This document shows positions 32,269-42,405 of a stretch of 64,000 nt of DNA, in pieces. Numbering within the stretch: position 1 is the stretch's first letter; each line of letters opens with the position of its first letter. The DNA lies in the NCBI GenBank assembly GCA_964535555.1, contig CAZHUS010000036.1, positions 337-64,336 on the forward strand, in the 5' to 3' direction. Source of the DNA: an uncultured Verrucomicrobiota bacterium (GTDB taxonomy: Bacteria; Verrucomicrobiota; Verrucomicrobiia; Limisphaerales; J093). Below the pieces are notes generated by a model that worked only from the letters and a program-made list of their open reading frames with translations, did not search any database and was not told the DNA's origin. Position numbers and translations under genes: made by a program.

Positions 32269-34086
32269 ATGTCCATTCCCGCTGCTCCCTGGTTGCCGCG
32301 AGTCTTCCCCGTGCTGGGACGGCGGCTGGTGGTGATCGATCCGGGACGGGAGTTCATCAAAGTGCTGGTGGTGGATCACGGTCTGTTCCAGCCGCGGGTG
32401 GTTCATTTCGAGACGATCGTCCCGTCCGAGGCCCCGGGCGCGGTGGTCGAGGACATGGAAGCCGAGCTCGACCGGCTGCTGGCGCAGACCGGCGCTCACG
32501 AGCGTGTCCTGGTCCTGCCGCAGTACCGGGCGATTGCCCAAGTGGTTGAGGCGCCCTCGGACACCCCGGCTGAGATCCGCGCGGCCTTGATCCGCGAGGC
32601 CCGGCGCCTGAGCGGCTTGGACGAAGGCGGAATGGCGTTCGACGCCCAACAGCTCCGCCCCTTCGGCCGCTACCAGCGTCCCTCGTGGCTGACCCTATGC
32701 AAACGCGAGGAACTCGACTCCTTGCTGGGACGGTTTGCCACCACCCGGAGCGAGGCCGGGGCACCGGTCGAGGATATCGTCCTGGCCGAGGTGACGACCA
32801 GCGGGCAGGCGCTGTTCGCCGCTGCGCACGCGTTGGGTCCCGAAGCCAGGAGCGCCGTGCTGGTGGATCTCCGCGCCCACAACAGCGTCATCGCCATCGT
32901 TATCGACGGGCAGGGCGTTCAGACCACGACCATCCCGACCGGTTCCATCCAGTTCCACACGCCGGGCGCCTCCGGCCCGTCAGATCCCGGCCGGAGGACG
33001 GATGATCCGGCCTTCAAGGTGTCCCACACCAATGTGGAGGCCGCCGCCGCCGCCTTGCGCAAGTGGGGGGGTGAGATCCGGCTGGCCGTGAGTGAATGGC
33101 TCGAGGACAATCCCGAGTGCCGCCTGGCCTTGAGCGATCTGCCGGTGTTTCTGTGCGGCGTGGGGGCGACCCAGCCAGGCCTGATCGAGTTCCTCAACAC
33201 CCTGGGGCCGCTGCGGTTTGTGGCTTGGGAACACCGCGTCACCAGCGGTCGGCCCTGGCCCATGGCGGACTACCTGGTGCCCTACGGAGCCGCGTTGCTC
33301 GCCTTCCAGCGCGCGCCCCACGGGGCCTCGTTCCTGCCCGCCGAGGATCGATCCGTCAAACACCGGCGCCGCACCCTCGCGCGCCTGCAAAGCTCCAACG
33401 TGCTCCTGATGGTGCTGCTCGTTGCCTTGCTGGGCTTCGCGATCCACCAGAAGCGCGACCTCGTTCAGCGGAAACGGGAGATCACCGCCCGCGCCCAGGC
33501 GTCCTTGCAGAGCGCACTGGCCATCGACCAGGCGTACCGCGAGCTGAACCAGCACTACGCCGAGGTCCTGCCCATCCTCGAGCGTCAGCGTTCCACGATG
33601 GAGGCGCTCCAGACCCTCGCCGCGGTCCGCTCTGCCCGCACCAACGACGATTTCTGGTACGTGCTCTTCGCGGATGCGACCAGTTACGCGACGGGACGCA
33701 CCGGCGTCGCCGTCGAAAGTCCGCCCGGAGATCCTCCGCCCGCCGCCAATCCGACCTCGGCCTCCGCGTCACGCGAATTCGTCGTCGAGGTCTGCACTCC
33801 CCACGATGGCGAACGCCAGCGGCGGATCCTCAGTGACCTGGTATCAACCCTGAAACGCGAGGTCATCTTCCGCCGCGTCGACGCCCTCCCCCCCGAACGC
33901 AAGCGGGACTGGCTCGCCACGAACGTCTACGTCTCGAACCACGTGTTCGCCATCGCCATGGAGGTGGCCGGCAATGAGCTGCCGCCAGTCTCCTCCCTCG
34001 CCCCGGCAGCACCGGAAACCACGCGTGACAACCGGCGCCCCGGCACGGCGCGCAACCCCGCGCCGGCCGAGCCACCCCGTCGCTGA
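32269..34086 (+). CDS. PilM/PilN (GspL-like) fusion, assembly platform protein
   Basis: N-terminal VIDPG actin-like start, LVDL, FLCGVGA...PGL; then a TM helix and coiled periplasmic PilN-like region. Confidence 0.7.
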   Translation: MSIPAAPWLPRVFPVLGRRLVVIDPGREFIKVLVVDHGLFQPRVVHFETIVPSEAPGAVVEDMEAELDRLLAQTGAHERVLVLPQYRAIAQVVEAPSDTPAEIRAALIREARRLSGLDEGGMAFDAQQLRPFGRYQRPSWLTLCKREELDSLLGRFATTRSEAGAPVEDIVLAEVTTSGQALFAAAHALGPEARSAVLVDLRAHNSVIAIVIDGQGVQTTTIPTGSIQFHTPGASGPSDPGRRTDDPAFKVSHTNVEAAAAALRKWGGEIRLAVSEWLEDNPECRLALSDLPVFLCGVGATQPGLIEFLNTLGPLRFVAWEHRVTSGRPWPMADYLVPYGAALLAFQRAPHGASFLPAEDRSVKHRRRTLARLQSSNVLLMVLLVALLGFAIHQKRDLVQRKREITARAQASLQSALAIDQAYRELNQHYAEVLPILERQRSTMEALQTLAAVRSARTNDDFWYVLFADATSYATGRTGVAVESPPGDPPPAANPTSASASREFVVEVCTPHDGERQRRILSDLVSTLKREVIFRRVDALPPERKRDWLATNVYVSNHVFAIAMEVAGNELPPVSSLAPAAPETTRDNRRPGTARNPAPAEPPRR

Positions 34087-34091
34087 AACGC

Positions 34092-34943
34092 ATGCCTTCC
34101 GCCGCTTCATCCCGGACCTCGCGCCTGCGCTTCTCCGAAGCCACCGCCTTGCTCACCCTGCTGCTCGCGCTGGTGTTCGTGCTTGGCTTCGAGCCTGTCG
34201 CCCGGCGGGCCAGCCTGATGGACCAACCCCTGCGTCATGCGTGGGAGGCCTTCGCCCGCACCAATCAGTCGAGCCTGGCCACCGCCGGCGTCCCCGAGGA
34301 CAGACTTCCCGCACGGCTTGAGGCCATCCAGGCCACCGCCACCGAACTCGACGACCTCCGCCGCCTCGCGTTCCAGCGCATCGAATTGACCCCGGAGGTG
34401 GCGGACCGGATCCAGGCCCCCTTCCAGCTGATCGATTTTGACAACGAACGGCTGCGCATCGCGGACGAACTTGCCGCGCTCGGCAAGGCCAAGAAGGTCC
34501 CGATCCAGCCCGCGGCCCTCGGCGGGCTGCCCCGCTATCCGTCGGAATCGGCCCCGGCGTTCCTCTGGCCGCGGCTCCACATCGCGCAACAGGCGCTGCT
34601 CACCGCGGCGCACTGCGAAGTTGCCGGCATCCTCGAACTGAGCCAGCTGCCGCCCGTCACGCACCGCAGCCCCATGGACGGCCGGCGCCTTTATGAAGAA
34701 CTGCGGATGCGACTGGAAGTGGCCGGAGCCGCTGAACCGCTGGGACGCTTTCTCACCAGCCTGCCCCTCCGGGGAGAGGAACTCAAAGCCACCGGCCTGG
34801 CGGAGATCCTCACCAACAAACCCGCGCTCTTCGTCAGTCAACTCCTGATGCGCAAAGCCGCACCCGACCGGCCCAACGACGCGCGCCTTGAACTGGTGAT
34901 CAGCGGCTTCGTGCCTTCGGCCGGTCCGCGGCGAGCGCTTTGA
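34092..34943 (+). CDS. PilO/GspM-like platform protein
   Basis: Single N-terminal TM, coiled coil and ferredoxin-like C-terminus (MRLEVAG...LELVISGF); operon position. Confidence 0.6.
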   Translation: MPSAASSRTSRLRFSEATALLTLLLALVFVLGFEPVARRASLMDQPLRHAWEAFARTNQSSLATAGVPEDRLPARLEAIQATATELDDLRRLAFQRIELTPEVADRIQAPFQLIDFDNERLRIADELAALGKAKKVPIQPAALGGLPRYPSESAPAFLWPRLHIAQQALLTAAHCEVAGILELSQLPPVTHRSPMDGRRLYEELRMRLEVAGAAEPLGRFLTSLPLRGEELKATGLAEILTNKPALFVSQLLMRKAAPDRPNDARLELVISGFVPSAGPRRAL

Positions 34944-34958
34944 AGCAGGTTGCCTCCG

Positions 34959-35462
34959 ATGACGCCCAGCCTCGAACGAAGCCTCTGGATCTCGGCCGGC
35001 GTCCTCTCCGGCCTGCTGGTCCTGTTGGTCCTCACGGTCTACCGCGTCGGCGGCAACGTCCCCGCCCTCCGTCCGCTCGGCGGGACGAATCGCCTCGGCC
35101 CGGCCGCCCTCCCTGTCGACGCCGCCAACGAGTGGTTTCAACCCGCTCAACTCACCCGCTTGATCGGCCAGACGAACTTCCCCAATCCGTTCTATACCGC
35201 TCACTTCGCGCCGCCGCCGCCGCCCAGCACCAAGCCGGTCGAGCTCACTTACCTGGGCTTCATGGACAGCGACAACCGGCCCCGCCGCGCCCTCGTCCAG
35301 GTGAACAACGCGACCCAACTCCTGACCAACGGCAGCCGTCTGGTCGCCGACCACGTCGTCAAGGACATCGCCCGTCGAACCCTGACCCTCACCAACGGCG
35401 CCAGCATCACCAACGTGCTCGAGTTCCGCATCAAGAAGGTCATCGAAGTCCCCGCCCAGTGA
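34959..35462 (+). CDS. PilP/GspC-like bitopic protein
   Basis: One TM, NPFY...PPPP linker, 'LTYLGFM...RALVQV' beta domain; operon position. Confidence 0.55.
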   Translation: MTPSLERSLWISAGVLSGLLVLLVLTVYRVGGNVPALRPLGGTNRLGPAALPVDAANEWFQPAQLTRLIGQTNFPNPFYTAHFAPPPPPSTKPVELTYLGFMDSDNRPRRALVQVNNATQLLTNGSRLVADHVVKDIARRTLTLTNGASITNVLEFRIKKVIEVPAQ

Positions 35463-37231
35463 ATCCCGTGAACCCCCCTGAAGAACCCCGGCGCGAGGTG
35501 GGCGACGTCCTCCTCGCCGCCGGCAAACTGGACCCGGAACAGCTCGAACTCGTCCGCCGGCGTCAGAAACGACTCCGGACTCCCCAACACGAAGCCCTGG
35601 TTGAACTGGGCTTCGCCTCGGAGACCGACACCTACTCCGCCCTCGCCAGCCTCCACGGCCTCGAGTTCGTTGACCTGTCCAACTTCAACTTCCCCCCGGG
35701 ACTGCCGGACGAAAAGCTGTTCCCTCTGGCCGTCGTTCATAACCACCGCGTCCTGCCCCTCACGATCGACGAAACCTCGATCACCGCGGCCTTTGTCGAA
35801 CCGCCCCGCCAGACCGAACTGGGCAACCTCCGCCTGCTGGTGAACCGCCAGATCAAGCCGGTCCTCACGACCCCAAGCTGCTACCGCGACGTCGTTCGCC
35901 GGCACCTCGGCCTGGGTGCCGAAACCATCCAACGCATGGGCGAGGACCGGGAAGGCCAGGAAGGATCCCCCGACATCGTCTTCCAGGTCGGAGCGGGCGA
36001 GGATGATGCCGCGGTCAGTGCCGGTGTCACGCGCTACGTTGATCTGCTCCTCGCCGATGCCCTTCGCCTGGAAGCCACGGACATCCACATCGAACCCTAC
36101 GCCTCGCGCATCAAGCTCCGGTACCGCGTGGATGGCGTCATGCAACCCATCACCGCCCCCGAGAGCCTACGCCAGGTCTACGGGGCGCTCGTCTCCCGGT
36201 TGAAAATCATGGCCGGGCTCAACATTGCCGAGAAGCGCCTTCCGCAGGACGGGCGTATCTCCATGAAGACCGACGCCGCGGCCTATGACCTGCGCGTGTC
36301 CATCGTCCCCAGCAAACACGGGGAGGCCGTCTGCCTTCGCATTCTCGGCCGGCACAGCCTCCTGCTTGACCTGCGCGAACTGGGCCTCGAGGCGGAGCAG
36401 GAACACATGCTCCGTTCTCTGACGCGCCTGCCCCAGGGCCTGGTCCTGCTCACCGGCCCCACCGGCAGTGGCAAGACCACCACGCTCTATGCGGCCCTAG
36501 CCAACGCCAACGACGAAGGCCGCAAAATCATCACCATCGAAGATCCGGTCGAGTACCAGCTCGAGGGTATCGTTCAGATCCAGACCAAGGACGACATCGG
36601 GCTGGATTTCGCCGCCGGGCTGCGTTCCATCCTGCGCCACGACCCGGATGTGATGCTCATCGGTGAAATCCGCGATCGCGAGACCGCCGACATCGCCGTC
36701 CGGGCCGCGCAAACCGGCCACCTGGTCTTCTCGACCCTGCATGCCAACGACAGCGTCAACGTGATCACCCGCCTTTTGGACATGGGGATTGACCCCTTTC
36801 CACTGGGCTCGGCCCTCGTCTCCAGCATCGCCCAGCGGCTGGCCCAGCGGATCTGCCGTCATTGCGGCGGACCCGACGACGAGATCGCACCCGAGGTGCG
36901 GGCGGAGATTGCCGCGGCGCTCCGGCTCGACCCGGCCCAGGTGCGCGCCTCCCGGGGGCGCGGCTGCGTGGAATGCAACGGGAAGGGCACGCGCGGTCGG
37001 GTTGCCATTTACGAGTTCTTCCTGATGAGCGAGGAAATCGCCGATCTCTTCGGTCCCAATCTGACCACCGGGCACCTCCGCAACGCGGCCCGGCAGCAGG
37101 GCTGGCGTTCGTTGCGAGACCAGGCCTGGAAGAAGGTCCAGCAAGGCCAGATCCCCATCGCCGAAATCCAGCGGCTTACCTTCCGGATCCAGCAGCCGAA
37201 CGTCCAGCCCCTCCTCGCGCTGGTGCCGTGA
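35459..37231 (+). CDS. GspE/PilB secretion/pilus assembly ATPase
   Basis: MshEN-like N-terminus; ATDIHIEP, RYRVDG, LPQDGR, GPTGSGKT, EDPVEY, LRHDPD, GHLVFSTLH, CxxC...CxxC. GTG start overlaps the upstream stop. Confidence 0.95.
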   Translation: MNPVNPPEEPRREVGDVLLAAGKLDPEQLELVRRRQKRLRTPQHEALVELGFASETDTYSALASLHGLEFVDLSNFNFPPGLPDEKLFPLAVVHNHRVLPLTIDETSITAAFVEPPRQTELGNLRLLVNRQIKPVLTTPSCYRDVVRRHLGLGAETIQRMGEDREGQEGSPDIVFQVGAGEDDAAVSAGVTRYVDLLLADALRLEATDIHIEPYASRIKLRYRVDGVMQPITAPESLRQVYGALVSRLKIMAGLNIAEKRLPQDGRISMKTDAAAYDLRVSIVPSKHGEAVCLRILGRHSLLLDLRELGLEAEQEHMLRSLTRLPQGLVLLTGPTGSGKTTTLYAALANANDEGRKIITIEDPVEYQLEGIVQIQTKDDIGLDFAAGLRSILRHDPDVMLIGEIRDRETADIAVRAAQTGHLVFSTLHANDSVNVITRLLDMGIDPFPLGSALVSSIAQRLAQRICRHCGGPDDEIAPEVRAEIAAALRLDPAQVRASRGRGCVECNGKGTRGRVAIYEFFLMSEEIADLFGPNLTTGHLRNAARQQGWRSLRDQAWKKVQQGQIPIAEIQRLTFRIQQPNVQPLLALVP

Positions 37232-37298
37232 CGCGCCGCTTTGACCTTTTCACCTGCCGGTTCATGCCTTAGAAAGCGCGGTTCGCGACTGCAACGGC

Positions 37299-38873
37299 AT
37301 GAAACAAAAAGTCGGCGTCGAAATCTACGACACCACCCTGCGCGACGGCAGCCAGGGTGAAGGTGTGAACTTCTCGGTGGCGGACAAGATCCGCATCGCC
37401 GAGCGGCTCGACGCGTTCGGGGTCCACTACATCGAGGGCGGGTGGCCCGGAAGCAACCCCAAGGACCTCGAGTTCTTCAGACTCGCCGCGCGCCGCAAGT
37501 GGAAGCGTGCCCGGATCGCCGCCTTCAGCATGACCCGTCGCAAGGGCCTGATGGTCGAGAACGACGATCTCATGCGCCAGATCCTCGAGGCGGAAACCCC
37601 CGTCGTGACCATCGTGGGTAAGTCATGGCTGCTCCACGTCCAGGAGGTCTTGCGCGCCAAACCCGAGGAAAACCTGGGCATGATTGGCGACACCGTCCGG
37701 TATCTCAAGGACCAGGGGAAGCTCGTCGTGTACGACGCCGAACATGCCTTCGATGGGTACCGCGATGATCCCGACTATGCCCTGGCCACCTGGCAGGCTG
37801 CCGAAAAGGCGGGCGCCGACTGCGTCTGCCTTTGTGACACCAACGGCGGCCGTCTCCCGGAAGAGATCGCCGCCATCACCCGGGCGGCCCGCGGACGCCT
37901 CACCACGCGCCTGGGAATCCACACGCACAATGACTGCGGGCTGGGCGTGGCGAACGCCCTCGCCGGCCTCGAGGCCGGGGCGCGCCAGGTCCAGGGCACC
38001 ATCAACGGCTACGGAGAACGCACCGGCAACTGCAACTTGATCAGCGTCATCCCCCTCGTTCACTTCAAACTCGGATGGCAGGGCGTTCCGGCGCGGTCCC
38101 TTCCCAAGTTGAAGGAACTCTCCGAGTTCGTGGATGAGATGGCCAACCTGCGCCACGATCCCCGCCAGCCGTGGGTCGGCCAGACCGCCTTCGCCCACAA
38201 GGGGGGCATGCACGTCCACGCCGTCGATCGCGTGGCCCGCAGTTACGAACACATCGATCCCCAAGCCGTGGGCAACGCCCGCCGGGTCCTCGTCAGCGAC
38301 ATGTCCGGCCGCACCAACATCCTGATGAAGGCCACCGAACTCGGGTTCCACCTGGCTCCCGAGGCCCCGGAAACCCGCGCGATCACGGCCCGGGTCAAGG
38401 AACTCGAAGGTCAGGGCTACGAGTACGAAGCCGCCGAAGCCTCGCTCGCCCTCCTGATCCGCGGCATCCTCGACCACAATCCCGAACTCCTCTTCACGGT
38501 CGATTCCTACCACGTCTCGATGCGCAGTAACGGCAGCCAGTCCGTGTGCGAAGCCACCGTCAAAGTACGCGTCGGCCAGCACGTCCATCACACGGTCGCG
38601 GAAGGGGACGGCCCGGTGAACGCCTTGGACGGCGCGTTGCGCACCGCCTTGGTCCGGTCCTATCCCCAACTCCGCAAAGTCGAACTCACGGACTACAAGG
38701 TCCGGATCCTGGACGGCGTCGCGGGCACCGCGGCCAAAACCCGGGTCCTTATCACCTCGAGCGACGGCAGGCGGGAATGGGGCACCGTGGGCGTCAACGA
38801 GAACATCATCACCGCCTCGCTGCAGGCCCTCGTGGACAGCATCGAATACGCGCTGCTCCGCAAGACGGGCTGA
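37299..38873 (+). CDS. cimA: Citramalate synthase
   Basis: DTTLRDGSQGE, EGGWPGSNPKD, YDAEH, HTHND, FAHKGGMH, GDGPVNALD, DYKVRIL. Confidence 0.92.
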   Translation: MKQKVGVEIYDTTLRDGSQGEGVNFSVADKIRIAERLDAFGVHYIEGGWPGSNPKDLEFFRLAARRKWKRARIAAFSMTRRKGLMVENDDLMRQILEAETPVVTIVGKSWLLHVQEVLRAKPEENLGMIGDTVRYLKDQGKLVVYDAEHAFDGYRDDPDYALATWQAAEKAGADCVCLCDTNGGRLPEEIAAITRAARGRLTTRLGIHTHNDCGLGVANALAGLEAGARQVQGTINGYGERTGNCNLISVIPLVHFKLGWQGVPARSLPKLKELSEFVDEMANLRHDPRQPWVGQTAFAHKGGMHVHAVDRVARSYEHIDPQAVGNARRVLVSDMSGRTNILMKATELGFHLAPEAPETRAITARVKELEGQGYEYEAAEASLALLIRGILDHNPELLFTVDSYHVSMRSNGSQSVCEATVKVRVGQHVHHTVAEGDGPVNALDGALRTALVRSYPQLRKVELTDYKVRILDGVAGTAAKTRVLITSSDGRREWGTVGVNENIITASLQALVDSIEYALLRKTG

Positions 38874-39145
38874 ATCGCAACGAGCCGCGCGCACGGGGAC
38901 AACAACCCGGCTGCCGGCCCGGCCGCAGGCGTCACAGCCTGTCTTCCTTCGGCATCAAGAACCACAGGACCGCTGACCCACCCAGGGTCCGAGCGGCTTG
39001 TTTCAACCATCTTGCCGGCCCGCGGACGACTGCAGTCCGGTCCCTGAATCGCCGTCCGGGCCCAGCGGCCTTCAAGGTAGGGCGGGCTCTCCGCAGCCCG
39101 CCGCATCTGAATCCGCGCAGGCTTCCCCACCCACCCAGCTTCGCC

Positions 39146-39174
39146 TTGCGTTCGGCACGCAACCTTCGCATTGT
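39146..39174 (+). promoter_or_regulatory. Candidate promoter with overlapping inverted repeat; possibly leaderless
   Basis: TTGCGT, 17 nt, CATTGT, with ATG 7 nt later; inverted repeat TTGCGT-N5-ACGCAA (39146-39162). Confidence 0.5.
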
Positions 39175-39181
39175 GGCCGCC

Positions 39182-39691
39182 ATGCAGTCCCACGAGTTGT
39201 TGCGGGCCGTGTACGATGCCGGCAACCCCAAACAGATTGCCGCGGACCTCGGCCTCTCCCTTTCCCTGATCTACAAGTGGGCTGAGCCGACCACCGAAAC
39301 CGGCAGCGGGACCACCAACCCGCTGGACCGCATCGAGCAACTCGTCCGTTCCACCACGGACGACCGCATCGTCCAGTGGATTTGTCAGCGCGCAGGCGGG
39401 TTCTTCATCCGCAATCCCAAGGCCATCTGGCCACACCCTCCCGATCTTATCCCGGCCACCAACCAGGTGGTGCAGGAGTTCGCCGACCTGCTGGCCGTCG
39501 TTGCCTCGTCGGCGGCCGACAACACCGTCTCCAGCCAGGAGGCCAGGACCATCCGGGCGCGTTGGGAAGACCTCAAGCGCGCCACGGAGGCCTTCGTTCG
39601 CTGCTGCGAGGAAGGGAACTTCACGGCGCTTCGTGAAGCCGCGGCGGCCCGCGCGAAGGTCGAAGCGCCAGACTCCCCGCGCCATCCGTAG
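39182..39691 (+). CDS. Phage CII-like / HTH regulatory protein
   Basis: HTH 'KQIAADLGLSLSLIYKWAE', then NPLDRIEQL, IVQWICQRAGGFF and a helical C-terminus, matching the CII-like pattern as I recall it. Confidence 0.7.
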   Translation: MQSHELLRAVYDAGNPKQIAADLGLSLSLIYKWAEPTTETGSGTTNPLDRIEQLVRSTTDDRIVQWICQRAGGFFIRNPKAIWPHPPDLIPATNQVVQEFADLLAVVASSAADNTVSSQEARTIRARWEDLKRATEAFVRCCEEGNFTALREAAAARAKVEAPDSPRHP

Positions 39692-39756
39692 ACCGTCGTC
39701 TCGCTGGACCGATCACGAACCCAGGCGCGTCAGACCACTCCCATCCTTCCCTCCGC

Positions 39757-40392
39757 ATGAAAATCAACCTCCTCCTCCTCGGCCTCGGTATCGGTCTGGC
39801 CGTTCTCCCCGCGTCCAGCGGAGCGGCGGTCCCGCTCTCCGACGGCAGCACGTTTCAGGGCTGGGAAGGAGCGACGTCGGGTACCAACGCCACGTGGCGC
39901 CTCGTCGACGGCGCGTTCGTGGGCGGCTCGCTGAAGGCACCTGTCCCGCGCAACGAGTTCCTCTGCACCACCCGCTCCTATACGAACTTCGTGCTGCGCC
40001 TGAAGTTCAAGGTCCTTGGGGAAGGGGCCAATGCCGGCATCCAGATTCGGTCCCGTCGGGTGCCGAACCATCACGAAATGGTAGGCTACCAGGCGGATCT
40101 CGGTGGCCCCGAATGGTGGGGATGCCTCTACGACGAGTCGCGCCGGAACCGGGTCCTGGCCAAGGCTGACACTGCCGCCGTGCGTGGCGTCCTCAAGCCC
40201 GGAGACTGGAACACGTACGAAATCCGTGCCGAAGGCCGACGGATCCGGCTTTCGATCAACGGGCTGGAGACGGTGGATTACACCGAGCCCGACGCCTCGA
40301 TCGAGCAGGCGGGCCTTATCGGCCTGCAGATCCACGGCGGGCCGCCCAGTGAGGCTTGGTACCGCGAGCTTACGATTGAGGAACTGCCGTAA
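39757..40392 (+). CDS. DUF1080 (3-keto-disaccharide hydrolase family) secreted protein
   Basis: DG.T..GW, YTNFVLRLKFK, NAGIQIRS, GYQADL, WNTYEI, GLIGLQIH. Confidence 0.92.
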   Translation: MKINLLLLGLGIGLAVLPASSGAAVPLSDGSTFQGWEGATSGTNATWRLVDGAFVGGSLKAPVPRNEFLCTTRSYTNFVLRLKFKVLGEGANAGIQIRSRRVPNHHEMVGYQADLGGPEWWGCLYDESRRNRVLAKADTAAVRGVLKPGDWNTYEIRAEGRRIRLSINGLETVDYTEPDASIEQAGLIGLQIHGGPPSEAWYRELTIEELP

Positions 40393-41329
40393 GGCCCTCG
40401 GCCTTCGTTTGCTGCGGCAACCGCCGCAGGGATCGCTCGTAGAGCCAGCTTCCCAGCGGCGCCAGCACCGCCGCCATGAGTATCCCAGCAGCCACGTCGA
40501 CGGCGTAGTGGAACCGACAGTACACCGTTGAGAGACACAGGAGAATCGTCACGGCCAGGTGCGCAAAGCGGATCCGGGGCAGGTACCGGAACGAGAACCA
40601 CAGCGTGGTGAGCGCCACGGCCACGTGGCTGCTTGGCATGGCCGCCCCCGCGGGTTCGAACAGGGCATAGATGAAGGCAATCACCCGGTAGAACACACCG
40701 CGCGTCAACTGCTCGGGAACCGGGTGTGCCGCCCCCAGGGCCAGCCATTCGCTGCCGAGCTGATAATGATCCACTTCCCTGAAGAACAGCCGCGGCCCGC
40801 TCACGGGCAGAAAAATGTAAATCAGGTAACAGCAGTAGAAGACGAACGAGACCACGGCCAGGTAGTGGAAGAACTGCCCGCGGTTGCGGAGAAACAAGGC
40901 CAGGCCAATCCCCACGATCATCACGTAATACGAGAAGTAGGCCGCGTAGAACATCTCGCTCACCAGCAGGTACGGAAGCGCGTTCATGAACGCCAGGCTC
41001 GGCTGGAATCCGAAGAGGCGTTGTTCCACGGCGATGAACTGGGGATCCAGGTACGTCGGCGTGAACATCTCGTTCAAGACGCCCGTTTCCCGGTAGAACG
41101 CCGTAAAAAGCAGCACCGGGTAGAAGTGCCTCAGGAAGTGCAGCCCGCGATGGGCCGGCCTCCGCGCCTGAGCGACGATCAACGTGTGCACCGCCACCAG
41201 CGTCGCCACGTGCACCGGGATCAGGACCTCCCACCCCGGCACCCGCTCATTGTGGAAAAAGACAATCAGCAGGCCCACCAAGGCTACATAGCCCTGCGTC
41301 GCCCAGTCCACAAACGTGTAATGCTTCAT
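40370..41329 (-). CDS. PAP2-superfamily membrane enzyme, AUR1/IPC-synthase-like
   Basis: Multi-TM; AAMPSSHVA and STVYCRFHYAVDV (His/His/Asp triad); PVSGPR. Confidence 0.8.
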   Translation of the reverse strand: MKHYTFVDWATQGYVALVGLLIVFFHNERVPGWEVLIPVHVATLVAVHTLIVAQARRPAHRGLHFLRHFYPVLLFTAFYRETGVLNEMFTPTYLDPQFIAVEQRLFGFQPSLAFMNALPYLLVSEMFYAAYFSYYVMIVGIGLALFLRNRGQFFHYLAVVSFVFYCCYLIYIFLPVSGPRLFFREVDHYQLGSEWLALGAAHPVPEQLTRGVFYRVIAFIYALFEPAGAAMPSSHVAVALTTLWFSFRYLPRIRFAHLAVTILLCLSTVYCRFHYAVDVAAGILMAAVLAPLGSWLYERSLRRLPQQTKAEGLTAVPQS

Positions 41330-41366
41330 TCACACCCGGCAGTGCCGGTCAGGTATTCCGCTGCGT

Positions 41367-42353
41367 TCATCGAAGCCAGCCGTGCTCACGAAACCAGTCG
41401 CGAGTCACGAGGAGCCCCTCCTTGAGACCGGTCCGGCATGCCTCGCCGAAAATCGCGTGGAGCCTCTCGGTGTCGGCAACCCATCCCGGAGCAGCCAGTT
41501 CCCGATACTTCCCCCAGGCCAACAACGTGGGCTTCCGCGTGAGGATGGAACAGAACCCGGCCGTGCTGCAAACCAGATTCAACAGCGGCATCGGCAGCGG
41601 CAGGGGCATCGCCCGGCGCGGTATCGCCGCCGCGATGCTCCTGACCAATTCCGCGGTCGTAACCACCTCGTCCGCGGCGACGTTCACCACCGCGCCCACC
41701 GCCCCGTCCACGCGGATTGCCCGCACGATGACCTCGGCCAGATCCGGCGCAAACACCAGGCGCAACTCCTGGCGCCCACCGCCAAACAGTGGCGTGATCC
41801 CCGCCGCCGCCGCCCGGAAGATCCGCAGAAACTCGCGATCCCGGGGACCATACACGCCTCCCGGCCGCAGGATGGTGAACTCACATCGACATCCGCGCAG
41901 GACCTCCTGCTCCCCAGCCAGCTTGCTCTCCCCATAGGCCGACAGCGGCCGAGCCTCGTCCATCTCACGGGCGGGAGCGGCCCGGGTGCCCGCACCCCCG
42001 GCCGCCAGGCTCGACAAATGAACCAACCGTTGCATCCGGCTGCCCGCGGTGTTGATGGCCTCGACCAGGTTGCGCGTACCGCGCTGGTTCATGTGGAAAA
42101 GGCCCTCTCGCGTCAGGGCCTTGGTCGCGCCCGCACAGTGAACCACGTGCGTCACCCCTGCGAGCGCCACCTCCAGGCCCGCCGGATCCTCGAAACCGCC
42201 GTGGCAGACCTCCACGCGGCTCAAATGCGGGTGGATGAAGCTCGTATCGGCCCGGCGCCGCAACAGGACCCGCGCGGGGATGCGCTCCTCAAGCAACCGG
42301 TCCAGGACGTGGCTTCCGACAAAGCCGTTCGCGCCGGTGAGCAGGACCTTCAT
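41367..42353 (-). CDS. NAD(P)-dependent epimerase/reductase (extended SDR)
   Basis: TGANGFVG, VHCAG, SSLAA, YGESK (YxxxK), RPGGVYGP. Confidence 0.9.
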   Translation of the reverse strand: MKVLLTGANGFVGSHVLDRLLEERIPARVLLRRRADTSFIHPHLSRVEVCHGGFEDPAGLEVALAGVTHVVHCAGATKALTREGLFHMNQRGTRNLVEAINTAGSRMQRLVHLSSLAAGGAGTRAAPAREMDEARPLSAYGESKLAGEQEVLRGCRCEFTILRPGGVYGPRDREFLRIFRAAAAGITPLFGGGRQELRLVFAPDLAEVIVRAIRVDGAVGAVVNVAADEVVTTAELVRSIAAAIPRRAMPLPLPMPLLNLVCSTAGFCSILTRKPTLLAWGKYRELAAPGWVADTERLHAIFGEACRTGLKEGLLVTRDWFREHGWLR

Positions 42354-42405
42354 GGCCGCCGGAGGCGCAAACCGTCACCCGAGGCGCAACCCTTGGATCG
42401 CTGCC

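Noticed and set aside
30146-32269. Long antisense ORFs (707 aa here; also 47019-49109, 2179-3339, 3391-4725, 54136-55821, 22518-24260)
   Set aside because: They are shadow frames of well-supported genes in high-GC DNA and have no recognisable motifs.
39182-39691. Prophage remnant
   Set aside because: No integrase, structural genes, att-like repeats or composition shift; the flanks are housekeeping genes.
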